Assembly: GCA_963422205.2 (NCBI GenBank)
Contig: CAXMWX010000011.1
Coordinates: forward strand, 64,001 to 128,000
DNA from: Gammaproteobacteria bacterium
Lineage (GTDB): Bacteria > Pseudomonadota > Gammaproteobacteria > Eutrophobiales > Eutrophobiaceae
Length of the DNA: 64,000 bases
Reading direction: 5' to 3'
This document shows, piece by piece, positions 22,989-32,959 of this stretch. Made by a program: the position numbers and the translations under genes. Under the pieces are notes generated by a model. The model did no database searches and was not told the origin of the DNA. It was given only the letters and a program-made list of their open reading frames with translations. The number at the start of each line of letters is the position of its first letter. Position 1 is the stretch's first letter.

Positions 22989-25648
22989 TGTTTCAGTGGG
23001 ATGCCGCCATTGCCGATACCGATCTGTTCGATCATGCCATTTATAACAGAACCGCCAGCGGTATGGCTGACATACCGCACTTTAAACACCTGCTTGCCAG
23101 AGGCGATGCTTATCTGGCCGAGCAGTTCAGCGCCGGACATGCGATCAAAACGCTGGTATACAGACGTGCCTGGTTTATCGATCAACTGCTCATCTCTGCC
23201 TGGAACCGCCATGTCACGCTGGCCGATACGGCGCTCATCGCCGTTGGTGGTTACGGGCGTGGCGAGCTGCACCCCGGCTCGGATATCGATTTGATGGTGT
23301 TGATCAAGTCCCGCCGACGGGACTCCATCACCTCACAGATCACCGCCTTTCTCACCTTCCTGTGGGATACCGGCCTTGAAGTCGGCCAGAGTGTACGCAC
23401 CATCCGGGAGTGTGTTGCCGAGGCAAAAGCCGACATCACCGTGGCGACCAGCATGATGGAATCCCGGCGGCTCACCGGCAGCAGCGGGCTCTATCACACC
23501 ATGCTGCATCAAACCGCCCCGGCAAAGATCTGGCCTTCGAGAAAATTTTTCGAGGCCAAGCGGCATGAGCAGATTGAAAGACACAAAAAGTTTGCCAACA
23601 CCGAGAATAACCTTGAGCCTAACCTGAAAGAGGGGCCGGGCGGCCTGCGTGATATTCAGGTGATTGCCTGGGTGGCAAAGCGTCATTTCAGTGCGATGAA
23701 TTTAGCCGAACTGGTCACGCATCACTTCTTGACAGCTAAAGAATATGAGGTGCTGGATGGCGGCATGCAGTTTCTCTGGCGAGTGCGTTATGCCCTGCAT
23801 CTGACTGCCGGACGGCGGGAAGATCGGCTGTTGTTTGATCATCAACGGGCCGTGGCAAAGCGCTTTGGCTATGCAACTGAAGATAACACCGGCGTTGAGC
23901 AGTTCATGAAGATGTACTACCTGACGGTAAAAGAGCTGAACCTGCTGAACGAGGTGCTGCTGCAACACTTCCAGGAAGAGATCATCCATGCCCGGCGGCG
24001 GGAGAGGTTAAGGCCCATCAATAAACGTTTTCAAATCAGGAATAACTTTATCGAAGCCTGTCATGTGCATGTCTTTGAACGTTACCCGGCCGCCCTGCTG
24101 GAAATTTTTCTACAGATGCAACTCAACACCGGCATAGCCGGTGTACGTGCCAGCACCATCCGGTTGATTCGCCATTCCCTGCATTTGATAGATGCGGCCT
24201 ATCGTGCCGATATCAAACACCAAAGCCTGTTTCTGGAGATCATTCGCCAGCCGCATCGGGTCGGACATGAGCTTCGGCGGATGCACAAATACGGCGTGCT
24301 GGGGGCGTATTTACCAGCGTTTGCCAGGATTGAGGGCCTGATGCAGTTTGATCTCTTTCATGTCTATACCGTGGATGAGCATATCCTGGCAGTCGTTCGG
24401 TATATGCGCTATTTTGGCCTGCCGGAATATCAGCAGCAGTTTCCCCTGTGCGGTCAATTATTGCAGCAGATCCCTAAGCTGGAGCTGCTCTATCTGGCCG
24501 GCGTTTTTCATGATATCGCCAAGGGCCGGGGGGGCGATCACTCCATGCTGGGCAGCCGGGATGCGCTGGCATTTTGCCGGGCACATGCCTTCAGTGAGTT
24601 CGATGCAAAGCTGGTGGCCTGGCTGGTGGAGAGACACCTGCTGATGTCAATGACAGCCCAACGGCAGGATTTAAATGATCCCGATGTCATCAATGCGTTT
24701 GCCGAGAAAATCGGCGATGTCATCCACTTGAATTATCTGTATTTATTAACCGTTGCCGATATCAATGGCACCAACCCATCGCTCTGGAGCAGTTGGAAAG
24801 ATGCCTTGCTGCTGGATTTATATCACAAGACACGGCATGCCCTGCGCCGGGGGCTGGAGCACCCGATCGACAAAGAAGAGCGCATAGCAGAAGTTAAACG
24901 TGATGCGGTGACAATCATGCACACAAAACCAGGCCGGCAGAGCGTGGATGCAGAATCCACCTGGTCGCACATGAGCGATGATTATTTTCTGCGCTATTCA
25001 GCCGATGAGATTGCCTGGCATACCCGTGCCATCAGCAAAATTAATACAGCCAGACTACCGCTGATCCTCATCCGGGAAAAACCCGGCACACAAACGACTG
25101 AGATATTTATCTACATGCTTGATAATGATAATATTTTCTCCCATATCGCCAGCACGCTCGATAAGCTGAACCTTAATATCCTGGATGCCCGGATCATCAC
25201 ATCAACCCATGGCTACACCCTGGATACCTTTATTTTTGTTGAACATGATGGCAGCCGGGTCACAGGCCAGGTACGTAAAAAACACATCAAATCCGAGCTG
25301 AGAGCGGGCTTGCTGGCCCTTGATGAGCCGGTCAGGAACATCAGCCGCATGACGTCAAGGCGGCTGAAAAACTTCCGGCATCCGGTCAGGGTAGACTTCT
25401 CGGTCGATGAGTCAAACGGGCGGAATATCATGGAGGTCAGCGCCACCGAGATGCCCGGCTTTCTGTCGGTCATCGGCATGGCGCTGGAGTGCTGCGGTGC
25501 CCGCCTGCAAAATGCCAAGATAGCCACTTACGGCGAACGGGTTGAAGATATTTTTTTTATCACGGACCGAAAAAACCAACTCATAGACGACCCGCTGAAA
25601 CTGGAATGCCTGAAAAACAGCATCACGCAGGCCCTCGCCAAGGGATGA
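22988..25648 (+). CDS. glnD: PII uridylyltransferase/uridylyl-removing enzyme
   Basis: AVGGYGRGELHPGSDIDL, EPNLKEGPGGLRD, HD domain (HDIAKGRGGDHS), two ACT domains; follows map. Confidence 0.97.
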   Translation: MFQWDAAIADTDLFDHAIYNRTASGMADIPHFKHLLARGDAYLAEQFSAGHAIKTLVYRRAWFIDQLLISAWNRHVTLADTALIAVGGYGRGELHPGSDIDLMVLIKSRRRDSITSQITAFLTFLWDTGLEVGQSVRTIRECVAEAKADITVATSMMESRRLTGSSGLYHTMLHQTAPAKIWPSRKFFEAKRHEQIERHKKFANTENNLEPNLKEGPGGLRDIQVIAWVAKRHFSAMNLAELVTHHFLTAKEYEVLDGGMQFLWRVRYALHLTAGRREDRLLFDHQRAVAKRFGYATEDNTGVEQFMKMYYLTVKELNLLNEVLLQHFQEEIIHARRRERLRPINKRFQIRNNFIEACHVHVFERYPAALLEIFLQMQLNTGIAGVRASTIRLIRHSLHLIDAAYRADIKHQSLFLEIIRQPHRVGHELRRMHKYGVLGAYLPAFARIEGLMQFDLFHVYTVDEHILAVVRYMRYFGLPEYQQQFPLCGQLLQQIPKLELLYLAGVFHDIAKGRGGDHSMLGSRDALAFCRAHAFSEFDAKLVAWLVERHLLMSMTAQRQDLNDPDVINAFAEKIGDVIHLNYLYLLTVADINGTNPSLWSSWKDALLLDLYHKTRHALRRGLEHPIDKEERIAEVKRDAVTIMHTKPGRQSVDAESTWSHMSDDYFLRYSADEIAWHTRAISKINTARLPLILIREKPGTQTTEIFIYMLDNDNIFSHIASTLDKLNLNILDARIITSTHGYTLDTFIFVEHDGSRVTGQVRKKHIKSELRAGLLALDEPVRNISRMTSRRLKNFRHPVRVDFSVDESNGRNIMEVSATEMPGFLSVIGMALECCGARLQNAKIATYGERVEDIFFITDRKNQLIDDPLKLECLKNSITQALAKG

Positions 25649-25663
25649 TTCCAGAGAATCACC

Positions 25664-26335
25664 ATGACCATGTCGAGAACACCGGCAACCGAGGCGGAAT
25701 TGTTAGAGCAGGCCGCCTTGCTGGCCGGCAGGTCACTGGCCGAGTTGGCCGCTATGCTGGCTGTCGAGCTGCCCGGCTCGGCAAAAGCGGCCAAGGGCTG
25801 GGCGGGACAGGCGATTGAACAATTCCTTGGCGCCACTGCCGGTTCTCATGCGGCACCGGACTTTCAGCATCTCGGCATTGAGCTTAAAACCCTGCCTGTT
25901 GATGACAAGCGCAAGCCTAAGGAATCCACCTTTATCTCGGTTGTGCCACACCATGCTGCCCTGGCAGGGCAATGGCATGAGTCCGCCGTATATAAAAAAT
26001 TGCAGCGCGTGCTGTGGATACCAGTCGAAGCGGGCAGCGGGATACGCCTGGGTAACAGGCGCATAGGCAGCGGTTTTCTGTGGAGCCCGGATGCTGAACA
26101 AGCAGAGATATTGCAAAACGACTGGGAAGAGTTAATGGAATTCGTCCATTTTGGTGAATATGACAAGATCAGCTCACGTCAGGGCCAGTATTTACAAATA
26201 CGACCGAAGGCCGCCAACGCCAGCAGCCGGGTGCAGGTCGCCGATGCCGATGGACTCCTGGCCGCCACCCTTCCCCGGGGGTTCTACCTTCGTACCGCAT
26301 TCACGCATCAGTTGCTCATGCAGTTTGCCGGGTAG
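25664..26335 (+). CDS. mutH: DNA mismatch repair endonuclease MutH
   Basis: KGWAGQAIE..LGATAGS, PDFQHLGIELKTLPV, DWEELM, LQIRPKAAN, PRGFYLR; 223 aa single-domain size. Confidence 0.93.
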   Translation: MTMSRTPATEAELLEQAALLAGRSLAELAAMLAVELPGSAKAAKGWAGQAIEQFLGATAGSHAAPDFQHLGIELKTLPVDDKRKPKESTFISVVPHHAALAGQWHESAVYKKLQRVLWIPVEAGSGIRLGNRRIGSGFLWSPDAEQAEILQNDWEELMEFVHFGEYDKISSRQGQYLQIRPKAANASSRVQVADADGLLAATLPRGFYLRTAFTHQLLMQFAG

Positions 26336-26345
26336 CCGTTGAACG

Positions 26346-27353
26346 ATGACGATACAATCCATCGACAGAAGGCTCAGCATCGCCCCGATGATGGCGCATA
26401 CCGACCGGCATTTTCGTTATTTGATACGCCTGATTTCAAAACGTGTGCTGCTCTATACAGAAATGATCACCAGCGGTGCTATCCTTAACGGCGATGCACA
26501 CAAACACTTGCAATTCAATGCCGCCGAGCATCCGGTGGCGATTCAGCTTGGTGGCAGCAACCCGGCGGCACTGGCCCGGTGTGCCCGCCAGGCGGAGGAT
26601 TATGGCTATGATGAGATTAACCTCAATGTCGGTTGTCCCAGCCACCGAGTCCGCTCAGGCCGGTTTGGCGCCTGCCTGATGCTGCAACCCGACACAGTGG
26701 CGAGTTGCATTCAAGCCATGCAGGAAAACTGCGCCCTGCCCGTGACCGTCAAGAGCCGCACAGGCGTGGATGAGCAGGACAGTTACGATGTGCTGCACCA
26801 ATTCATAGAGACAGTTGCCGCCGCCGGCTGTCGCACATTCATCATCCATGCACGCAAGGCTTACTTATCAGGTCTCAGCCCCAGGGCAAACCGCACCATC
26901 CCGGCACTGGAATATGATAAAGTCTATCGGCTTAAAAAAGATTTTCCGGCCCTGGAGATCATCATTAACGGCGGCATCAGGGGCTTGCAGCAAACCAAAG
27001 CGCATCTACAGCAGGTGGACGGAGTCATGATAGGACGGGCTGTCTGTGACAACCCCTGGCTGCTGGCGGAGGCCGATCAGGCGATCTTTGCCCATACCTC
27101 GCTTCCCCAAACATCACCAATAACATCACCAACAGTGCAGCGCTCGCAGGTGATAGCGGAGTATATGCAGTACATGCAGGCCAGGTTAGACCAGGGCGAA
27201 CGGCTGCCCGCTATGTCCCGACATCTGGCCGGCCTCTACCAGGGCCAGCCGGGCGCCAGGGCCTTTCGCCGTTACCTTGGTGAACATGCCAACAGGCGCA
27301 ACTCCAGCATGGAGGCCGTGGGAAAAGCGATGGCCTTTGTGCAGGCGATCTGA
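26346..27353 (+). CDS. dusA: tRNA dihydrouridine synthase DusA
   Basis: SIAPMM..TDRHFRY, QLGGS, NLNVGCPS.RV..G.FGACLM, IHARKA..GLSP. Confidence 0.95.
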   Translation: MTIQSIDRRLSIAPMMAHTDRHFRYLIRLISKRVLLYTEMITSGAILNGDAHKHLQFNAAEHPVAIQLGGSNPAALARCARQAEDYGYDEINLNVGCPSHRVRSGRFGACLMLQPDTVASCIQAMQENCALPVTVKSRTGVDEQDSYDVLHQFIETVAAAGCRTFIIHARKAYLSGLSPRANRTIPALEYDKVYRLKKDFPALEIIINGGIRGLQQTKAHLQQVDGVMIGRAVCDNPWLLAEADQAIFAHTSLPQTSPITSPTVQRSQVIAEYMQYMQARLDQGERLPAMSRHLAGLYQGQPGARAFRRYLGEHANRRNSSMEAVGKAMAFVQAI

Positions 27354-27379
27354 CCACCAGGCAGCAGCGAAAATCACAG

Positions 27380-28000
27380 GTGAACATGCCCATAAAACCG
27401 CTGTTTTATTGCCACGTGCTGACCTTGGCAGCGCTGTTAGCCGCTTGTGGTCAACCGCCAGAGCTGCCCGCACTTGCCCCCGGCGATGTCGTGTTAGCCT
27501 TTGGCGACAGCCTGACGTATGGCACCGGGGCCGGGCAGCAGCAAGCCTATCCGGCGGTGTTAGCATCGCTGTCCGGCTTGCAGATCATCAATGCCGGCGT
27601 GCCGGGGGAAGTCTCAGCAGCCGGGCTGCGGCGTCTGCCAGCGCTGCTGGATACCCACAAGCCCAAATTGCTGATCCTGTGCCACGGCGGCAACGATATC
27701 CTGCGTAAGCAGAGCCTGGATACCGCGGCCCAAAACATCACCCGTATGATTGACCTTGCCCGGGAACGTGATATTCCGGTCATCCTGCTGGGCGTACCGA
27801 AAATCGGCCTGCTGCTCTCCCCCGCCGATATCTATGAACAGATAGCCGAGCAAACCGATGTGGTTTATGTCGCTGATCTCATCTCCGATGTGCTGTCTGA
27901 CAAGCGCCTGAAGTCCGATACCGTGCATCCCAACGCCGAGGGTTATCGGGTTATGGCAGAGACGCTGCATGAACTTCTGCTGGATGCCGATGTCATTTGA
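27380..28000 (+). CDS. SGNH/GDSL arylesterase lipoprotein
   Basis: Lipobox LAAC, AFGDSLT, NAGVPG, GGND, DTVHPN. Confidence 0.9.
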   Translation: MNMPIKPLFYCHVLTLAALLAACGQPPELPALAPGDVVLAFGDSLTYGTGAGQQQAYPAVLASLSGLQIINAGVPGEVSAAGLRRLPALLDTHKPKLLILCHGGNDILRKQSLDTAAQNITRMIDLARERDIPVILLGVPKIGLLLSPADIYEQIAEQTDVVYVADLISDVLSDKRLKSDTVHPNAEGYRVMAETLHELLLDADVI

Positions 28001-28052
28001 TGGATACAACACCAGCCGCTACGCTACCCACCCACCGAACCAGGACACCGCT

Positions 28053-28733
28053 ATGCACAAAATGACCCATCTCATCTTACCCGGCCTTGTGTTATCCGGC
28101 CTCATCACCACCACCCCGGCGTTGGCACAGGCCGAGATGAGCGATGAGGAAAAACTGAGTTATGCCCTTGGCGTGTTTTTCAGCCAGAACATTATGCAGC
28201 AGGATCTGGTGCTGGATAAAGACGCCTTTCTGCTGGCGGTGAGCGATATGCTGAACGGCCAACAGCCCAAACTCAGCCCCGAGGAAATCAAGACGGTCTT
28301 CACCCGCTTTCGAGAACAACAGGCACAAAAGCAAAATGCGATCGCGACTAAAAATCTGGAGGCCGGGAAAAAATTCTTGGCCGAGAACGGAAAAAAAACC
28401 GGGGTCGTGACAACCCCCAGCGGTCTGCAATATAAAATCATCCGTGCTGGCGAAGGCGAGCCGCCGGCAACTGACGCCACCTACACAGTGCATTACCGCG
28501 GCACGCTGATGGACGGGCATGAGTTTGACAGCTCCTATGCACGCCAGCAGCCCTTGACGTTCACATTAAACGGCGTCATTGCCGGCTGGCAGGAAGCCCT
28601 GCCGATGATGCGCCCTGGCGCAAAATGGCAGTTATTTATTCCGCCGGAGTTGGCCTACGGCGCCCAGGGACAAGGAGAAATTCAGCCGCAATCCACCCTG
28701 CTGTTCGATATAGAACTGTTGTCCGCAAAATAA
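28053..28733 (+). CDS. FKBP-type peptidyl-prolyl isomerase (Mip/FklB/FkpA family), exported
   Basis: Signal peptide, KLSYALG, SGLQYK, VHYRGTL, FDSSY, VIAGWQEAL, IPPELAYG. Confidence 0.93.
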   Translation: MHKMTHLILPGLVLSGLITTTPALAQAEMSDEEKLSYALGVFFSQNIMQQDLVLDKDAFLLAVSDMLNGQQPKLSPEEIKTVFTRFREQQAQKQNAIATKNLEAGKKFLAENGKKTGVVTTPSGLQYKIIRAGEGEPPATDATYTVHYRGTLMDGHEFDSSYARQQPLTFTLNGVIAGWQEALPMMRPGAKWQLFIPPELAYGAQGQGEIQPQSTLLFDIELLSAK

Positions 28734-28764
28734 CCCGCGCGCTCACCCTGGCACAGCGATACTT

Positions 28765-30072
28765 CTATTGGCGATAGTGAATACGCCAGATCCGCCCGCT
28801 GACCGAATCCGACACATAGAGCGCCCCCTGCTTATCCTCGGCCAGCCCGGTTGGTCGGTATTCCGCATCTTGCGGGCTGTTGACCGGCCCCGCACCCGCA
28901 AACCCATCGGCAAACACCTCCCAGCCGGGGCCTAACCGGCCTTCACGGTAAGGAATAAAGATCACCTGATAGCCGACCTGCTGATACGGCCCGCGGTTAT
29001 ATGAGCCATGAAAGGCAACAAAGGCACCGTAGCGGTAGCTGTCGGGAAACTGCTCGCCTTCGTAGAACAGCATATCATTGGGGCTGTAGTGGGCGGGAAA
29101 CGCAATGCGTGGTGCTGGATAATGGCGACACCGATCCCGCCTCTCCCCATCCCCGCCGTATTCCGGTGCGGTGATCCAGGCCATCTTCACCGGGTCAAAG
29201 TAGCAATACGGCCACGGATAAACGGCATCTGGTTCAACTTCCAGCATGACCTCGGCGGGTAACTCGGCACCTGCATTGGCATCATAGAACCCCGGCCAGA
29301 GTTCATGCAGGCCATCACGACCATGTTGCACCACAAACAAACGCTGTATCTTCGGATGCCAGTCCAGGGCATAGGCGTTGCGGATCCCGCTGGCGTAGCG
29401 CCTGGCCGAGGCAAAATGCTGTCCGGGCGCTGAGGTGAACTGCCAGATCCCCGCCGCCGTTGCCAGTTCCTGGCAGGGATCATCACCCACCCCCCCGACT
29501 TCACCCTCGCTTAACTGACAGGCATTGCTCGGCGCCCCCATGTTCATATAAATATTACCCTGGGTATCAAACGCAAATGGCTTACCGGCATGGCGCGCCT
29601 GGCGGGGCAGATCCGCCACCACCACCTCCTCTGAAGCGGCGATCAGCGACAGCGGCGGCGCCAGATCATACCGGTACAACGCCGTTTCGCTGGAGAAATA
29701 GAGCCGTCCCTGCCAGATGCCAATCCCCATGCCCGGCATGGTATTAATCTGCTCAAACGTATCCAGATAGCCATCCCCATCCCCATCACGGGCAGCCAGC
29801 AGACCGCCCAGGCCAAGCCGCCGGTTACGCTGGGTGATATACAACTCGCCCGGCGTCTTGACCACAAAATGGCGGATAAACCCAAGGTTATCGGCGATCA
29901 CCCGGGCGCAAAAACCGGTCGGTAACACCAGCCCGCCGTTATCAGGATCACAGGCCGGATTCCGGCTGTCTGTTGTTTGCACATCACTGGCCTGGTCTGC
30001 TTGCTGGCTGCGCTCACAGGCCGCCATACAGAGCAGCAGGACAGGCAGCAGTAAAATCAACTTGCGCCTCAT
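28765..30072 (-). CDS. Glucose/sorbosone dehydrogenase-family beta-propeller lipoprotein
   Basis: Lipobox MAAC, LPTGFCA, ASGIRNA, YPWPYCY, PAHYSP, GAFVAFHGS, RPTGLA..LYVSDS. Confidence 0.8.
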   Translation of the reverse strand: MRRKLILLLPVLLLCMAACERSQQADQASDVQTTDSRNPACDPDNGGLVLPTGFCARVIADNLGFIRHFVVKTPGELYITQRNRRLGLGGLLAARDGDGDGYLDTFEQINTMPGMGIGIWQGRLYFSSETALYRYDLAPPLSLIAASEEVVVADLPRQARHAGKPFAFDTQGNIYMNMGAPSNACQLSEGEVGGVGDDPCQELATAAGIWQFTSAPGQHFASARRYASGIRNAYALDWHPKIQRLFVVQHGRDGLHELWPGFYDANAGAELPAEVMLEVEPDAVYPWPYCYFDPVKMAWITAPEYGGDGERRDRCRHYPAPRIAFPAHYSPNDMLFYEGEQFPDSYRYGAFVAFHGSYNRGPYQQVGYQVIFIPYREGRLGPGWEVFADGFAGAGPVNSPQDAEYRPTGLAEDKQGALYVSDSVSGRIWRIHYRQ

Positions 30073-30182
30073 CAGCCCCTTAAATATCAGCGATACTAAT
30101 CTGCATGTCAGCATAATAGCTGAACATTGGCCGTGGCGCATTGTCTGATAGACTGGTGGCTGTCTCATTGCCCCGCAGGAAC

Positions 30183-30689
30183 ATGAAAAACAGTGTAACC
30201 ATGACAAGCGGTATTTTTCTGCTCTTTCTTTTGCTCATCAGTGGGGGGCTGCCCGTGTGGGGCGACGAGGCGGTGTGGAGCAATGAGCCAACAGCAAATA
30301 TATCTCTGGCACACCGCTTATATGAGGCCGCCCGGTACGAGGCCGCCGTGCAGCAACTCAGGTATCTTATCCGGCAGCAACCTGACAATGCAAAAGCCCA
30401 TCATCTGCTCGGCAAATGCTACGGCAGGCTGGCGGAGAGCGCAGGCGGGTTCAAGGCGATGGGGTTCGCTAGAAAAACCCGGAAGGCATTTGAAAAAGCG
30501 GTCGCCCTGGATGAGACCAACAGGGCAGCGATTGCCGACCTCATCACCTATTTCAAAGAGGCCCCGGGGTTTTTGGGCGGCAGTCGAAAAAAAGCAGCGG
30601 ACTGGCAGAGGCGGCTCAAGGCGCTGCAAAATCACCGGCCACCCGAAGGCGCCGAACAAACCACGGCGGGCAAAGCCGCACAGCTCTAG
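30183..30689 (+). CDS. Exported tetratricopeptide-repeat protein
   Basis: Hydrophobic N-terminus; TPR-like PDNAKAHHLLGKCYG and AFEKAVALD; APGFLGGS. Confidence 0.7.
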   Translation: MKNSVTMTSGIFLLFLLLISGGLPVWGDEAVWSNEPTANISLAHRLYEAARYEAAVQQLRYLIRQQPDNAKAHHLLGKCYGRLAESAGGFKAMGFARKTRKAFEKAVALDETNRAAIADLITYFKEAPGFLGGSRKKAADWQRRLKALQNHRPPEGAEQTTAGKAAQL

Positions 30690-30778
30690 GCAGACACCGA
30701 CCGATTGCCCGCCAGGTATTTCAGATTAGGCGGCAGACGTTATATAATCACCCAGGCAACCTCAACAACACTGAACAC

Positions 30779-32905
30779 ATGCAAGGAATTAGACTCTTTC
30801 TCTCCGGTTTGCCCGTCTTTTTGCCAGCAGCACTGCTCATCCTGCACACCACCGCCCATGCTGTCGTGCAGACCGTGCCGTTAGAGCAACTGGTACCGAC
30901 AAAAAAACATGCACGAGTCACCGAGATCATTCTGCATGTTATCGATACCTACCACTACAAAAACAGACCGCTGGATGATGCGTTATCCAGCCAAATCCTC
31001 GACAACTATCTGGACAGTCTCGACGGTAATAAAAGTTACTTCCTGAGAAGTGATATTGCCCGGTTTGAACAACACCGCTATCAATTCGATGAGGCGCTGC
31101 TGCACGCCAGGCTTCAGCTTGCCTTTGATATATTCAAAGTCTACCGACAAAGAGTCATTGACCGGTCGGACTATGCCCGGCACCTGCTCAAGCAGCCGTT
31201 TGATTTCAGCCAGGATGAGGACTATCAGTTTGACCGTCGGGAAACAGACTGGGCAGCCGATAAAACGGTGCTGGATGAGTGGTGGCGGAAACGGGTTAAA
31301 AATGATTTCCTTGGCCTTAAATTGGCTGGCAAGGAAGATGCTGACATCATCAGCACATTGGACAAACGTTACGCCCGGCTGGCAGACAGCACAGTGCAGC
31401 TAACTGCCGATGATATCTTTCAAACCTTTATCAACGCCTATACCACTGCGATAGAGCCACATACCGCCTACTTCTCACCACGTTCATCGGAAAATTTCGA
31501 TATCAGTATGCGCCTGTCCCTGGAGGGCATAGGGGCGGTGCTGCGCTCCGATAACGACTATACGGTGGTGCAGAAAGTCATCCCGGGTGGGCCGGCTGAT
31601 CTCAACGGCCAATTACAATCGGAGGATAAAATCATCGGTGTCGGTCAGGAGGCCGCCGGCGAGATGCTGGATGTTATCGGCTGGCGGCTGGACGATGTGG
31701 TTGATTTGATTCGCGGCCCGAAAGACTCCATCGTGCGCCTGGAGGTGATGGCGAAGGACTCAGGCCTTGAAGGGCCGACCCGCATCATCCAGATAACCCG
31801 TGATGAGATTAAGCTGGAAGAGCAGGCAGCCAAATCCGATATTCTGGAGCTTGAAAACGGCGGCAGGATCGGGGTCATTGATGTACCGACATTCTACAGT
31901 GATTTTGCCGCCCAGGCGCGGGGCGAAAAAACATTCAAAAGCACCAGCCGTGATACCCGCCAGATCATCGCCGATCTGAAACAGCAGAATATTGATGGAC
32001 TGATCATCGATCTGCGCGGCAATGGTGGCGGTTCTTTATCGGAGGCACTGGAATTTACTGGCCTGTTCATAGAAAAAGGGCCGATCGTACAAACCAGGGA
32101 TGCCGCCGGACGCATTGATGTCAATCATGATCCCGACCCCGGCATCGCCTACGGCGGGCCACTTGCCGTTCTGGTCGACAGAAACAGTGCCTCGGCCTCG
32201 GAAATTTTCTCCGGGGCGATCCAGGATTACAAGCGCGGCATTATCGTCGGCGAGCCGACCTTCGGCAAAGGCACGGTGCAGAATATCGTTGATCTCAACA
32301 CAGTACAGAATATCGTCGACCTCAGTCGCCTCTCGCGCCAGCCGGATGGGGATTACGGTCGGCTGAAGACAACGATCGCACAATTTTTTCGCATCAGCGG
32401 CGGCAGTAATCAATTTACCGGCGTGATCCCCGACATCATCATGCCGACAGCGGCATACGGCGATGAACATGGCGAGCGCGCACTGGATCATGCCTTGCCC
32501 TGGGCGCAGATAAAGCCCGCCCGGTACCTCATCGCCAGCGCACCGGTCGACAGTTTCAGCCGCATTAAAAAACGGCACGAAGCGCGTATTGAAAACCATG
32601 CACTGTTTCAGCAACTGCTGGCGGATTTGGCGAACAGCTACCAGCGTGGCAACAGAAAAACCATCTCGCTGCTAAAGAGCAAACGGCAACAGGAAAGAGA
32701 AACCTTACTGGCTGAAAAGCATCGGCTAAGAAAGGCATTTCGGCGGGCGCAGGGCCTGCCTCCCCTGCCCGAAGATGCCGAGCTTGACGACAAACCCGCA
32801 GAGCAAGAGCAGGAAAAACCTTTGGATCTGGTACTGCAAGAGGCCGCACAGATACTCGCAGATCTGCTTACGCCGCCATCACACACCGCCAGCACAGGCC
32901 CGTAG
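30779..32905 (+). CDS. prc: Carboxy-terminal processing protease (Prc/Tsp, S41A)
   Basis: PDZ entry LEGIGAVL, IDLRGNGGG, SASASEIF (catalytic Ser), TFGKGTVQ (catalytic Lys), GVIPDI. Confidence 0.93.
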   Translation: MQGIRLFLSGLPVFLPAALLILHTTAHAVVQTVPLEQLVPTKKHARVTEIILHVIDTYHYKNRPLDDALSSQILDNYLDSLDGNKSYFLRSDIARFEQHRYQFDEALLHARLQLAFDIFKVYRQRVIDRSDYARHLLKQPFDFSQDEDYQFDRRETDWAADKTVLDEWWRKRVKNDFLGLKLAGKEDADIISTLDKRYARLADSTVQLTADDIFQTFINAYTTAIEPHTAYFSPRSSENFDISMRLSLEGIGAVLRSDNDYTVVQKVIPGGPADLNGQLQSEDKIIGVGQEAAGEMLDVIGWRLDDVVDLIRGPKDSIVRLEVMAKDSGLEGPTRIIQITRDEIKLEEQAAKSDILELENGGRIGVIDVPTFYSDFAAQARGEKTFKSTSRDTRQIIADLKQQNIDGLIIDLRGNGGGSLSEALEFTGLFIEKGPIVQTRDAAGRIDVNHDPDPGIAYGGPLAVLVDRNSASASEIFSGAIQDYKRGIIVGEPTFGKGTVQNIVDLNTVQNIVDLSRLSRQPDGDYGRLKTTIAQFFRISGGSNQFTGVIPDIIMPTAAYGDEHGERALDHALPWAQIKPARYLIASAPVDSFSRIKKRHEARIENHALFQQLLADLANSYQRGNRKTISLLKSKRQQERETLLAEKHRLRKAFRRAQGLPPLPEDAELDDKPAEQEQEKPLDLVLQEAAQILADLLTPPSHTASTGP
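32273..32326 (+). repeat. In-frame 27-bp tandem duplication inside prc (TVQNIVDLN / TVQNIVDLS)
   Basis: acggtgcagaatatcgttgatctcaac followed by acagtacagaatatcgtcgacctcagt. Confidence 0.9.
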
Positions 32906-32959
32906 TGCCTTGCCTCACGCGCCCTTTATCATGGGGGGATAAGTACAATCCGGCAGCGG

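Noticed and set aside
25664-26335. Sau3AI-type restriction enzyme
   Set aside because: Single-domain MutH size and motifs, no adjacent methyltransferase, housekeeping context.
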